A stretch of 63,624 nucleotides of DNA, filler included, from Chiloscyllium plagiosum (GCF_004010195.1; 4 parts of one record of this genome joined end to end with filler, not necessarily neighbours in it); one strand, 5' to 3'; positions 49,441-61,390 are shown, counted from the whole stretch's first letter. Notes: generated by a model from the sequence alone, not told the origin. Translations and numbers: made by a program.

Positions 49441-49621
49441 CTGAATACTCCCAGCTCCTGAACATTGCAGCTAATGGCTAGTCTATTGGAAAAACATGCT
49501 GGGATCAGAAAAGTAAAATTCTCGACTACAAAGAAAAGTGTCTGATTTCCCAACCAAGGTTTGAATGATGAAATGAGAACTTTATTCGTGAGTGATGAAA
49601 GGCTTCTCTGCATGCACTTAC

Positions 49622-49689
49622 ATCTCATCTGAACCTATTCTTGCCTCACTTATATGCGATTTTCTAATCACCCATGTGGCAGAAAGAAA
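49622..49689 (-). CDS. Candidate exon (FLSATWVIRKSHISEARIGSDE)
   Basis: Acceptor cattgtttag, donor GAT|gtaagt; phase 0 to 2. Confidence 0.33.
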
Positions 49690-49780
49690 CTAAACAATGA
49701 CAATCCTGATGTTACTGTCTGAGCTCCAGCTTCATGTTGTTCTTTTGCGTTTTGAGGGTCATGGATATGGTTAAGATTAC

Positions 49781-49830
49781 CAGGCTGAGTCTGCAGGCCA
49801 ACCATGATCTGTGTTGTTTTACATCTTTAT
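49781..49830 (-). CDS. Candidate exon (DKDVKQHRSWLACRLSL)
   Basis: Weak acceptor attcag, donor CTG|gtaatc; phase 1 to 0. Confidence 0.22.
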
Positions 49831-50712
49831 CTGAATCTCAAATGCACAATGGAAGTTGAAAAGGGGTAAATTAAATACTTTTTTTTCTGTATGAGCATGT
49901 TGGTTCTATTTGTCAGTGATGTGAGGCTCTTCAAGGGGCAATCGCATTATTTAGACACTTACACAGTACAGGTTAAACACATCTATAATTGTTGCACCCT
50001 GTATGTAAAATGCATGCAAGTCTTGATTACTAGTAATCCTGACCATTTCATTACACATTGATCACATTAATCTCTGTTAATCAGAAGTAATCATAAGCAA
50101 CCTTAAAATTGTCAACTGTGAACCACAACTCACACAGACAATCCAAAGTCTCATGCACTGCACAAGGGTACAGAGATGATTTCCTCTCTCCTTGAAATGT
50201 AAGTATTCAACAACCTGCTCTATCGGTAATGCTGTCTTTCTTGGGTAATGTGGGTGATGGCTGTTCAGTAATCCCACTGTGTATTTCATCGCCTTTGCTA
50301 CATATGTCAGAATAAGGTCCAGCTCATCATAGGTACATGTTGAGGCATTCCATGGCTCTCCTTTTTGAGTACTTCATGTCCCATTGAATCAGAGACTACA
50401 TTAAACTCTCAGTTGTATGATACAACTGCTCTCTGCTCCAATTACTAAGGAACTGTTTTGTTTCTGATGTTACAAAGATTCATTGGAACTAATGGATCCA
50501 GTCAGAGCAGGGATCACCATTGATGTAGCCATTTGCTACCAAGGTACAGAGAAATTGAGGATAAAGTTTGGTCTGCAAGCCCAGGACCTGCAGTAATCCC
50601 CAGCTGCTGAGAGCAATCCCTACATGAAGGCGTGGCAGCTATGGTGCCCCCAGGGCTCTTGAAGATGAGGTTCCAAGGCTTGGACCAGTCTTAGGGTGCA
50701 GCGTCGCAGTAC

Positions 50713-50886
50713 CTTGCAGACAGTGGGTACTGCATAATCTAAACATACTGTGTTTTGCACAATCACAGCAGGCAAAATGAGCACGTGCAGTGTAGAGTTG
50801 AGTCCAACAAGCCAGACAGTTGACACCTAATTCCTGTGGATGTGGGTTGGGTGCAGTGACCACTCTTGGACTATAAATTTGTGTTC
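50713..50886 (-). CDS. Candidate exon of an unrecognised spliced ORF (first ATG: MFRLCSTHCLQ)
   Basis: Acceptor cttttatttcag, donor AAG|gtactg, open frame, 174 nt. Confidence 0.3.
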
Positions 50887-51112
50887 CTGAAATAAAAGCA
50901 GTTTCTGTCTATTTTGAGGTACAATATAATTTTGTGTATTTTTTATTTGCTTTTGTTGTTTTTCAGTAAAAGTTAATACTTTTAAATGTTTGAAGGCTTT
51001 CCAAATGTAAAAGTGAACAATAACAAAATGCAATGCTATACTGGATGTTAGGGAAAAATTAGCACTCTGCCAGACCAGGTTGTAACTTGGTATAGCACTA
51101 AGCTGTGTAAGC

Positions 51113-51590
51113 TCATAGAATTGTACAACATTGAAATAGACTCTTTGGTCCAACTTGTCCACGTGGCCAGATATCCTAAACTAATCTAGTCCCATTTGCC
51201 AGCATTTGGCCCTTATCCCTCTAAACCCTTCCTACTCATATAACCATTCAGACGTCTTTTAAATGTTGTAATTGTACCAGCCTCCACCACTTCCTCTGGC
51301 AGCTCATTCCATACACACACCACCCTCTGCATAAAAAAAAGGTGCCCTTTTGGTCCCTTTTAAAACCTTCCTCTCTCACCTTAAACCAATGCCCTCTAGT
51401 TTTGGATTCCCCTATCCTGGGAAGAAGACCTTGGTAATCACTCTATCCATGCCCTTCATGATTTTATAAACAGCTACAAGTCACCCCTCAGCCTCTGATA
51501 TTCCAGGAGAAAAACTGCCCCAGGCTATTCAGCCTCTATCTATCAAGCAGACACTCTAACCCTGGCAACATCCTTGTAAATCGTTTCTGA
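51113..51590 (-). mobile_element. CR1 3' fragment
   Basis: Reverse complement of the 280-760 subfamily. Confidence 0.88.
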
Positions 51591-51707
51591 AATTTGATTC
51601 TTGTAGCTGCAGTTTCAATGACAACCGAACAGACAAGTGATGACATAAGACTGCAATATGTTTACGTATGTGAGCTTGTATTTGCAATGAGTTGTCAGCC
51701 ATGTTAC

Positions 51708-51924
51708 CTTTGTGCTCTCAGGCTTTGTTTCTCTTGCTCTACGTGTGCTGTGCAGCCTCATCCTGCTTGGCAGTGTGTGTGTGACTTGGTACACAACAGA
51801 GCTTTAAATATGGCATGTGTGGTGGAAATCCAGGTAGTCCTGTCAGAGGCAAGTGCTTCTGCTGCTGGGAGAGCACTGGCCCAAACATGTGCCACATAGA
51901 AACAGTACACACATAAGAGTTGAG
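51708..51924 (-). other. Candidate exon (5' UTR or non-coding)
   Basis: Acceptor attctctgtag, donor AAG|gtaaca; stops in all three frames. Confidence 0.35.
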
Positions 51925-52624
51925 CTACAGAGAATTACATGAGAAAAATTACCAAGTTCATAGACCAAAACCCTCCATGAAACTCCCTGAAACTGACATC
52001 ACTTATTTTTGCTTAATTTCAGCCTACTCTATTTTGCTGTCCATAGGTGTTGCCAGGCATGCTGAACTTCTCCAGCATCACAAGTCTTTTGCATTTACCA
52101 AGTTATCAACTGATTAATTATACATAGTGCCTTCAGTCTTATAGTTTCCAGAGCACTGACTTCTGTGAAATCATGCAGAATTATGCATTATTTATCCTTC
52201 TTGAAAGATACTGATTCTGAGGTGGATGATGCCAGTGTCACATCTTTAGGTCTGATATCTTATTAATGTATTTGTCATTTACAAGCTGAAAATTGACGAT
52301 TTCGATCACTCGGTGATCATGATCTGTGTTAGTGAAAGTAAATGGCCTTGGACTTAATAAAGCCAATGACGCTGATGGTTTTTCATCACCTTAGTCAACA
52401 ATGGTTCATTTGCTTCAGGCCTTGATGGCAAGGACTAAATTGTGCATGACAATTGCTCCACCTAGTGGTATATATATATATATATATAAATGCCAGACAT
52501 GTCTTGCCTTTATATAGCAATTTCATTAGTTAGGTGTTCCAAAAATGCTATCACTGTGGCAAATTATCCTCCCATTTCCATTATTACACATAGCAACATT
52601 TTAAAAATAGCAGTAAGATAATTC

Positions 52625-52885
52625 TGTTTGTTTTTCATTCATTCATGGGATGTGGCCAACATTTATTGCCTATTGCTAATTACCTCTTGAACTGACTGGC
52701 TTGTTAATGCTTTTTCAGAGGACTGTCCAGAAACAACCACATTGCTGTAGTTCTGGAGTCACACACTGACTAGACCAGAAAAGAATGGCAAAGTTTCTTC
52801 CCGTCAGAGAATTAGTGAACCTGTTGGCTTTTTAGGATGATTCACAATAGTTATATTGTTACCATTAGGCGAGTTTTCAATTCCA
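52625..52885 (-). mobile_element. tRNA-headed SINE family, partial
   Basis: CAACCACATTGCTGTAGTTCTGGAGTCAC body and ATTCATTCATGGGATGTG tail. Confidence 0.7.
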
Positions 52886-53819
52886 TCCTGAAAATTTTGA
52901 AAGTTTTTGCCTCCACAGCTTTCTGTGGCAAAGAATTCCACAGGCTCACTATGATCTGAGTGAAAAAAGTTCCTTCTCATCTCAGTTCTAAACAGTGTAC
53001 CCCATATCTTTTGGCTGTGCCTTGAAAGAGACCATGCAGTGCAGAGATGAGGGATATCTTGAGCTTTCTAAATTGTGGAATTTGAGAAAAAAGAATTTAA
53101 ACAAATCCTTCAAAGGTCCAGTAATTCATGGTGCAATTCCAAATGTGATTTATGGAAACAAATACAATGTAGAGCATCTTGTCTCAGTCAATAGCCAACT
53201 TACAGATTACTTTTTGGCCTTAGAGACAGTCAAGAAATGTTTTGGCATGGCACACTTGACTTGGGAGAAAGTGTGCTGACTTAAGTGACTTTCATTTTCA
53301 AAGATGGATTCTTGATAGAGTTGACCTCTGTGGTCCCAAATGCAAAATTGAGGTCCTTACATGGGCTGCCAAGTGTCAAACTGGACTGTTTAAAAGGCCC
53401 ATCTCTGTTCCCTGGATCCTTGTTTGTTTTTACATATTGGGTTTTCTAACTTCACCAACCCCTGTCCAATGCCCAGTTTCACACAGAATCAATGAACCCT
53501 GTAGAAACAATGGCATGCATGGGGAAAGAAACTTGGAAAGTATTGCATAACTTTAAAAAATATTAATATTACTGGCTTATGTCAATTGACCAGACATTTA
53601 AATCAATAGCAGAAGCTACAAACATCTGACCATTTTTATTTAAATAAGCACTGTGTCATTGGCACTGTGACATAGATAAAGGAAAATGCTTGAGAGGTCA
53701 ATCAAGCAATTTTTCTTTTCTCTGTATGTTTTAAATTAATAGATACCTGGGATCTCATCCAATCATGCACAATAATGGTAGTGGGGCTACATTGAGTGGT
53801 GAAGGAGAGAATTTTTTTT

Positions 53820-54124
53820 TAGATTAGATTACTTACAGTGTGGAAACAGGCCCTTCGGCCCAACAAGTCCACACCGACCCGCCGAAGTGCACCCACCCAG
53901 ATCCATTCCCCTACACCTAACACTACAGGCAATTTAGCATGGCCAATTCACCTAACCTGCACATTTTTGGACTGTGGGAGGAAACTGGACCACCCGAAAG
54001 AAACCCACGCAGACACGGGGAGAATGTGCAAACTCCACACAGTCAGTTGCCTAAGGCAGTAATTGAACCCGGGTCGCTGGCGCTGTGAGGCAGCAGTGCT
54101 AACCACTGTGCCACCGTGCCGCCC
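53820..54124 (-). mobile_element. HE1-type V-SINE
   Basis: Full head, V-domain and tail. Confidence 0.93.
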
Positions 54125-54884
54125 AGCATGCAGAACATGAGTTGAGGTTGAGGCATTAGTTGACATGGAAGGATTTTCCAAAGTTATTCTTCAATAAGTC
54201 TCACATCCAAACTATGGTACATGATACATCTGGAGCGCTTTAATCCATATGTCAAAAACTTGGCTCAGCTGCAGGAAACTGTAAAAGGCAAGGAGATGCC
54301 TAACTCTGCAGTAGAACCAATCAGATTGGGAATGCAGGATATGAGCACTAGGGATGGTGGGAATAGCTGAGAATCCCAGACTCTGCCATTTTAAAAAGTC
54401 CATTGTGTTTTCCCAATTCTGTAGCCTTATTTCTCTAGCATCTGTCCACTGGAGAGTTGGCCAAGATTCTCAGTCCAAAAAGAATGGGTACTGCAACATA
54501 TGCATAACAACCCTTTGTGCTACTAATGTAGTATGCACTGCACTGCTTGCATAGAAAGCAGTTGCATCATCCTGCTTCGAGCAAAATCGATGTAGAGAAA
54601 TACAGCCCATGAAAATGAGAAACTAATAGAAAAAATAGCCAGTGGCAGTGTATCAATCCCAAAAAAGTGCAAATGAAGTCACAGGTTAATCCGGTCCTTC
54701 GTAAACTGCAATGACCTGATTATGGGTACAATATTTCCTTCTCTAAATTCAATTAATTGGTCAATGTCACAAATAGATTGTACATAAACATGAATAGATA
54801 CCTCACAAAACAAAGGCATTTGATATAATGATTACATTTCATCACTTCTGGATGTAAGTTTACTCGCTGAGCTGGAAGGTTCAT

Positions 54885-55545
54885 TATTCACCCAGTCCGC
54901 CTGCATATTGAAGTCTCCCATGATCACTGTGACTTCGCCTTTCTGACATGGCCTATCTATTTCCCGGTACATCTTGCACCCCTGGTCCTGACCACTGTTA
55001 GGAGGTCTATACGTAACTCCCATTATGGTTTCTTCGCCTTTGTGGTTCCTCAACTCCACCCACACAGACTCCACATCATCTGACCCTATATCATTTTGTG
55101 CCATAGATTTAAATTCATTCTTGACTAACAAGGCAACCCCGCACCCTCTGTCCACCTCCCTGTCTTTTCGATAAGTTGTGAATCCATGAATGTTTAACTG
55201 CCAGTCCTGAACCTCTGCAACCACGTCTCTGTGATGCCTACATCATAATCATTCACAATGATTTGTGCCGTTAATTCATCTACTTTGTTACGAATACAGT
55301 GAGCATTCAAGTAAAGAACCTGAATGCTAATTTTCTTATCATGATTTCCAACATCTCTCGTAATATGTCCCAAGTCATCCTTCCTTTTTGCTTCATTTCT
55401 AGTCTGCCTTGCTAACCTGCTGCTTATCTTCTACTCATCTCCATATTCCCTGTCATTTTCCCTTTCTCTTCCTCCCGACTTGCAAGTTTAAAGTCCTAGT
55501 GACCACCCTGTTTATCCTTTTCGCTAGAACAGTGGTTCTAGATCT
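54885..55545 (-). mobile_element. CR1 ORF1-end/APE fragment (subfamily of 33.9-34.6 kb)
   Basis: GFTTYRKDR, VESVWVELRN, YRPPNS, MGDFN. Confidence 0.88.
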
Positions 55546-55809
55546 TGTGTCAATTTAGATCTTGTCTTCAGTGCTTTCTCCTGCCTTGGTTAAATGATCA
55601 TCTGTGACATTGTCATGATTCACTGGAGTGATGTGCTGAGCTGAAAATCAAGCCTGACTATTCCAAAAGTCATCATTAATGAAACAAAAATCATTAAACT
55701 ATCAACTGCCCAATTTTAGCTGTTTAATTCCGATTAAAGGAACGTACACACCATACTATTTATTGGAATCTAATCATTTTTAACCAACATGAAACATGAC
55801 TTGCTAGCT

Positions 55810-56122
55810 CACAGAAATGGAAGATAGGAGCAGGAGTAGGCCATTTGACCCCCACAAGCTTGGTCTGCCATTATGATCATGGCTGATCATTGAACTCAAT
55901 ACTCCCATCTCAACCCTCTCTCATATTCTTTGAGTCACAAGAGCTATCCAGCTCCTTCTAGTAAACAAAGTGTGTTTTGGCCTGAATCACTTGCTGTTGT
56001 TGAGAATTCCTCACCACTCCTTAGGTAAAGACATTTCTCCTCTCAGTCCTAAGATATTTACATTTTATTCTTAAACTATGATCCCTACCATCAGAAGCAT
56101 CCTTCTTGCCTTTTTCCTGTCT
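55810..56122 (-). mobile_element. CR1 3' fragment
   Basis: ATAGGAGCAGGAGTAGGCCAT...ATGATCATGGCTGATC. Confidence 0.75.
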
Positions 56123-56979
56123 GGGAGCAGCTGGAGACAGCGTGGAGGTGACGTTGAAGACAAGGAGGTTGTTGGGAAGGTAAGGACTTAGTATAAATTT
56201 GGCATTTAGCAGCGGCTAAACTCGAGATACTACACGTGTAGTATCTCCCTCCCGCCCACCCTCCTCTAACTAGAAGAAAAAGGACTCTCTAAGGTAAGGC
56301 TTTTTTTTCTTTCCTTGCTTTCATATATTTAAGTGCTTTGTTTGGTTTTAGTTAGTTGGTATAAAGCTAAGGCTTACAATGGCAGGGGACCTCAGACCCA
56401 TGGCATGTGCCTCTTGCCTGATGTGGGAGCTCAGGGACATGTCAGGGATGTCAGTCTCTTACACTTGCAAGAAGTGTGTCCAGCAGCAGCTCGTTTGACT
56501 GCATGAGAGCTCAGGAGCTGCGGGTGAACTCACTGTGGAGAATCCGCAATACTGAGGAGGTTGTGAATAGCACATTTAGTGAACTGGCCACACTGCAGGT
56601 TAGGATTGCTGAGGGAGACAGTGAATGGGTGACCAAAAGGCAGAGAAAGAGTAGGAAGGCAGTGCAGGTGTTCCCTGCGGTCATCTCCCTCCAAAACAGG
56701 TATACAATTTTGGATACTGTTGGGGGAGATGGCTCACCAGGGGAGGGCCACAGTTGCCAGGATCATGGCACCATGGCAGGCACTGTTGCTCAGAAGGGCA
56801 GGAAAAAGACTCGTAGGGCTATAGTCATAGGGGATTCTACTGTAAGGGGAGTAGACAGGCGGTTCTGTGGCTGAAAATGAGACTCCCGGATGGTATGTTG
56901 CCTCCCAGGTACTCAGGTCAGAGCTGTCACCGATTGGCTGCAGAGCATTCTGAAAGGGGAGGGTGAACAGCCAGTTGTC
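56123..56979 (+). mobile_element. CR1 5' UTR and ORF1 (Cys-pair zinc finger plus SGNH esterase) up to a gap
   Basis: ATG at 56379 MAGDLRPMACASCLMWE...YTCKKC; VIGDSTVRG; CCLPG. Confidence 0.88.
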
Positions 56980-57079
56980 NNNNNNNNNNNNNNNNNNNNN
57001 NNNNNNNNNNNNNNNNNNNNNNNTTAATTAATTAANNNNNNNNNNNNNNNNNNNNNNNNNNNNNNNNNNNNNNNNNNNN
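56980..57079. other. Assembly gap with TTAATTAATTAA linker
   Basis: 44 N + 12-mer + 44 N. Confidence 0.97.
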
Positions 57080-57371
57080 CCGCCTTCCTAACCTGAGATC
57101 TTCTTCCCGACCTCTCCGCCCCCATCCCAGTCTGACCTATCAACCTCACCTTGACCTCTTTCCACCTATCACATTTCCGACACCCCTCCCCCAAGTCCCT
57201 CCTCCCTACCTTTTATCTTAGCCTGCTGGGCACACTTTCCCCATTCCTGAAGAAGGGCTTATGCCCGAAACGTCGATTCTCCTGTTCCCTGGATGCTGCC
57301 TGACCTGCTGCGCTTTTCCAGCAACACATTTCCAGCTCTGATCTCCAGCATCTGCAGACCTCACTTTCTCC
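57080..57371 (+). mobile_element. Young PLE pseudo-LTR
   Basis: Matches the reverse complements of 22917-23041 and 63388-63624. Confidence 0.9.
57243..57278 (+). ncRNA. Minimal type-I hammerhead ribozyme motif (GUC triplet, predicted cut after 57274)
   Basis: AUUC-CUGAAGA-A-GGGC(UUAU)GCCC-GAAA-CG-UC-GAUU; intact core, palindromic ACGU at helix III. Confidence 0.78.
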
Positions 57372-57579
57372 TCAAAGATAATACACATAGTAAGGGTATT
57401 TACAATATTGTATTCTAGCTTTGATCCTACAACACCGTATTTTAAAAGGAACACGAGTGAGGTAAGATCCTTTATGAACCTACGCAGTAATGAGTTACAT
57501 GAGGAGCTGACATTTCCCTCAAATATAAACCGCCTTAAAATAAATCAGATGCTGCTACAAGAAAAATCCTTTGATCCGC

Positions 57580-58060
57580 CACATCGGGAGTCTGCCCACG
57601 GCCAGTAGGAGAAAGGAGTAGAGCTCGGTGATCCCTCCCTCGGTGCTAATATTAAGCGGCCCCAAGCGGTGTAGGAGTGTGGACTGGACAGGACAGGTCG
57701 GCCCCCTCCCCAACCCCAACCCCACAAACACTCCCACTCCCGCAATTCACCTGCTCGCGGTCTCACCGCCCGCTTCTCGCGCTCAGCCACGCTCTGAAAC
57801 CGTTATGACGCTGCCACCGCGGGGACCAAGCTCCGCAGCCCTACTCCGATTGGTCGGTGGGTGCTCCATGATGCGGATGGGACCACACCCTCGGGGCGGG
57901 GCGGCCTGGGAACACCCGACAGAGTGCGCTGAGCCCGAACCCCAGCTGGTCGAAAGGTAGGATGTTACTGATGTGGCCAAGAGAGAGCGAGAGCCGAGAT
58001 CAAAGTTTTCCCTAATACGAAATTGGGGTTCTTGATTTGAAAATGGTCTCGCCCCGTTCC
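57580..58060. promoter_or_regulatory. GC/CpG-rich promoter, probably bidirectional
   Basis: CpG-rich non-TE patch; CCAAT box (ATTGG 57849-57853), CCACACCC 57883-57890, GGGGCGGGGC 57893-57902; outward donors CAG|GTGAAT (minus, 57751) and AAG|GTAGGA (plus, 57956). Confidence 0.72.
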
Positions 58061-58157
58061 AATGGGGATAACGTAGTATGGACAAACTCCCACTCAAAAC
58101 TTTGAGTTCCACTGTTTAAAGTTTATTTCAAATCCATTCTGTTCTTCCGAATCCAGA

Positions 58158-59035
58158 ATGAGAAGTCACACGATACCAGGTTATAGTCCAACGTAGCGAA
58201 AATGCTGGAAAATCTCAGCAGGTCTGGCAGCATCTGTAAGGAGAGAAAAGAGCTGACGTTTCAAGTCTAACTGACACTTTGTCCAACATAGTTTGTTTGA
58301 AATCACAGGCTTTCGTAGCTTGATCGAGATGTGAGGTGCTGAGAAAGCACAGCAGCATCCCAGGAGCAGGAGAGTCGACCCATCTGGCATAAGCCCTTCA
58401 TCATGAATGTGGGGTAGGGAAGGGGACTGAGAGATAAATAGGAGGGGGGGGGGGGGGCGGAGGTAGCTGGGAAGGAGAAAGTGGATGCAGGTGATGGGTA
58501 ATTGTGATAGGTTGGCGGGAAGGAAGTTGGACAGGTGTGACAGGTCAAGAGGGTGGTGCGAGTTGGATCTGATATGAGAAAGTGAGGACTGCAGATGCTG
58601 GAGATCAAAAAATGTGCTGGAAAAGCACAGCCGGTCAGGCAGCATCCAAGGAGCAGGAGAGTCAATGTTTCGAGCCAAAGCTCTTCAGGGGAGGTTTGGA
58701 AACTAGTGGTCCACATTGATGCAGTGTGGAAGAGAAGGCGTTCTTCTTCCAGATGTCAGGTGGCTTGGAATGGTAGTGGAGGAGGCCCAGGACTTCCATG
58801 TCCTTGGTGGAATGGAAGGGGGAATAGAAGTGGTCAGCCACAGCACAGTGGGGTTATTGGATGCGTGTGTCGACTCTCTTGCTCTTCGGATGCTGTCTGA
58901 CTTGCTGAGCTTTAATAGCGCTACACGTTTTGACTCTGACTATTGCCTCTCCCCCAACCCCCACCCTCCTGGTTATCTCTCAGCCCCTCCTGTCCTACCC
59001 CCATATTCCTGACGAAGGCTTATGCCTGAAACAAA
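58158..59035. mobile_element. Cluster of nested PLE pseudo-LTR fragments of several subfamilies
   Basis: Repeated pLTR motifs in both orientations; one nested with GTCCAAC repeats at ~58185 and ~58281. Confidence 0.8.
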
Positions 59036-59197
59036 GGCTGAAGATAATAAATATTCAGATGGATATTCTTTAGTTATGTCTAGGCAAAGGCAACAGTATT
59101 GATGCATCAAACAGTAATTAAAGAATGAACACTAAACATAGAGAAAGATGTGCTAGAGTTGTGGATGACTAATAATTCATATACAGAAGGCAATCTG

Positions 59198-60025
59198 GAT
59201 GTAATTTTGCTCACTGAGCTGGAAGGTTCATTTTCAGATGTTTCATCACCATACTGGGTAACATCATCAGTGAGCCTCTGATGAAGCATTGGTGTTATGA
59301 CCTTTCTATTTAGGTTTCCTTGGGTTGGCAATGTCATTTCCTGTGGTGATGTCATTTTCAGTTCATTTTCTGAGAGGGTAGTAAATGGGGTCCAAGTTGA
59401 TGTGTTTGTTGGAATGCCATGCTTCTAGGAATTCTCATGCGTGTATCTGTTTGGCTTGTCCTAGGATGGATTTGTTGTCCCAGTCGAAGTGATGTCCTTC
59501 CTCATCTGTATGTAAGAATACTAGTGATAGTGAGTCATGTCTTTCTGTGTCTAGTGTTCTGCCTAGTTTGCCCAGTGTAGTGTTCTTGCAAGGCATTTTG
59601 TAAATGACATTTATTTTGCTTGTTAGCTGTATAGGGTCTTTTAAGTTCATTAGCTGCTGTTTTAGTGTGTTGGTGGGTTGGTGAGCTATCATGATGCCAA
59701 GAGGTCTGAGTAGTCTGGCAGTCATTTCTGAGATGTCTTTGATGTAGGGGAGAGTGGTTAGGGTTTCTGGAATGTTTTTTGTCTGCTTGTTTGGGTTTGT
59801 TGCTGAGAAATCAGCGGGCTGTGTTCATTGGGTACCCATTCTTTTGGAATATGTTGTATATGAGATTTTCCTCTGCTCTTCGTAGTTCCTCTGTGCTGCG
59901 GTGTGTCGTGGCTCATTGAAATAATGTTCTAATGCAGCTTCATTTGTGGGTGCTGGGATGATTGCTTCTGTAGTTCAGTATTTGGTCCACATGTTTTCCT
60001 GGGAGCGCTGGTTTGAAATTTCCCA
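59198..60025 (-). mobile_element. Penelope/Poseidon-like element 3' part (GIY-YIG region plus pLTR)
   Basis: TARLLRPLGIMIAHQPTNTL, NVIYKMPCK, GHHFDWDNKSILGQ; pLTR 59198-59280. Confidence 0.88.
59234..59273 (-). ncRNA. Hammerhead ribozyme motif of the third PLE family (slightly decayed)
   Basis: UCA-CUGAUGA-U-GUUACC(CAGUAU)GGUGAU-GAAA-CA-UC-UGA. Confidence 0.68.
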
Positions 60026-60399
60026 GAAGGAAATCTCACACATATGCATCAAATTTCAGAGTTTGAGGGAAAGTCAACCTTGGGGAAAAGATATGCTAAA
60101 TAATGAAAAACAAATTGCATAGAAATTAGCAGAGGCAAAGCAACATTATAAATGAAAACAAAAACAATAATTTTTCATACCAAGCATAGGAATCTTACAA
60201 TTGCACAAAAATATGGATCTGACACTTCCCAGAACTATTCAGATTAAGAATTTGGTGAGAAATAAATCTGAACCTGAAACAGCAAGCTGGACCATAGAAT
60301 AACAGCATATATCTGAATGTTCCTGAAAGGTTGAAAGAACATAGTTGAACAGTACTTCAAAATCATGAGGTGCATAGACTTCACTGAAGATTAGAAGTT

Positions 60400-61390
60400 G
60401 GACAGTAGATGTAGTGTACCTGGACTTTCAGAAAGCTTTTGATAAAGTTCCACAAAGGAGGTTAGTGAGCAAAATTAGGGCGCATGGTATTGGGGGCAAA
60501 GTACTAACTTGGATTGAAAGTTGGTTGGCTGATAGGACACAAAGAATAGTGATAAATGGCTCCATTTTGGAATGGCAGGCAGTGACCAGTGGGGTACCGC
60601 AGGGATCAGTGCTGGGACCGCAGCTTTTTACAATATATATTAATGATATAGAAGATGGTATTAGTAATAACATTAGCAAATTTGCTGATNNNNNNNNNNN
60701 NNNNNNNNNNNNNNNNNNNNNNNNNNNNNNNNNNNNNNNNNNNNNNNNNNNNNNNNNNNNNNNNNNNNNNNNNNNNNNNNNNNNNNNNNNNNNNNNNNNN
60801 NNNNNNNNNNNNNNNNNNNNNNNNNNNNNNNNNNNNNNNNNNNNNNNNNNNNNNNNNNNNNNNNNNNNNNNNNNNNNNNNNNNNNNNNNNNNNNNNNNNN
60901 NNNNNNNNNNNNNNNNNNNNNNNNNNNNNNNNNNNNNNNNNNNNNNNNNNNNNNNNNNNNNNNNNNNNNNNNNNNNNNNNNNNNNNNNNNNNNNNNNNNN
61001 NNNNNNNNNNNNNNNNNNNNNNNNNNNNNNNNNNNNNNNNNNNNNNNNNNNNNNNNNNNNNNNNNNNNNNNNNNNNNNNNNNNNNNNNNNNNNNNNNNNN
61101 NNNNNNNNNNNNNNGGGGTAGATCATTTAGGACAGAGATGAGGAGAAACTTGTTCACCCAGAGAGTGGTGGCTGTGTGGAATGCTCTGCCCCAGAGGGCA
61201 GTGGAGGCCCAGTCTCTGGATTAATTTAAGAAAGAGTTGGATAGAGCTCTCAAGGATAGTGGAATAAAGGGTTATGGAGATAAGGCAGGAACAGGATACT
61301 GATTAAGGATGATCAGCCACGATCATATTGAATGGTGGTGCAGGCTCGAAGGGCAGAATGGTCTACTCCTGCACCTCTTGTCTATTGTCT
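60400..61390 (+). mobile_element. CR1 RT and 3' end spanning a gap
   Basis: YLDFQKAFDKVP, GVPQGSVLGP, KFAD, FTQRVVAVWNALP. Confidence 0.92.
60690..61115. other. Assembly gap
   Basis: N run inside CR1. Confidence 0.97.

Noticed and set aside
52995..53279. 94-aa plus-strand ORF
   Set aside because: GTG start inside a CR1 remnant, no domain or splice support
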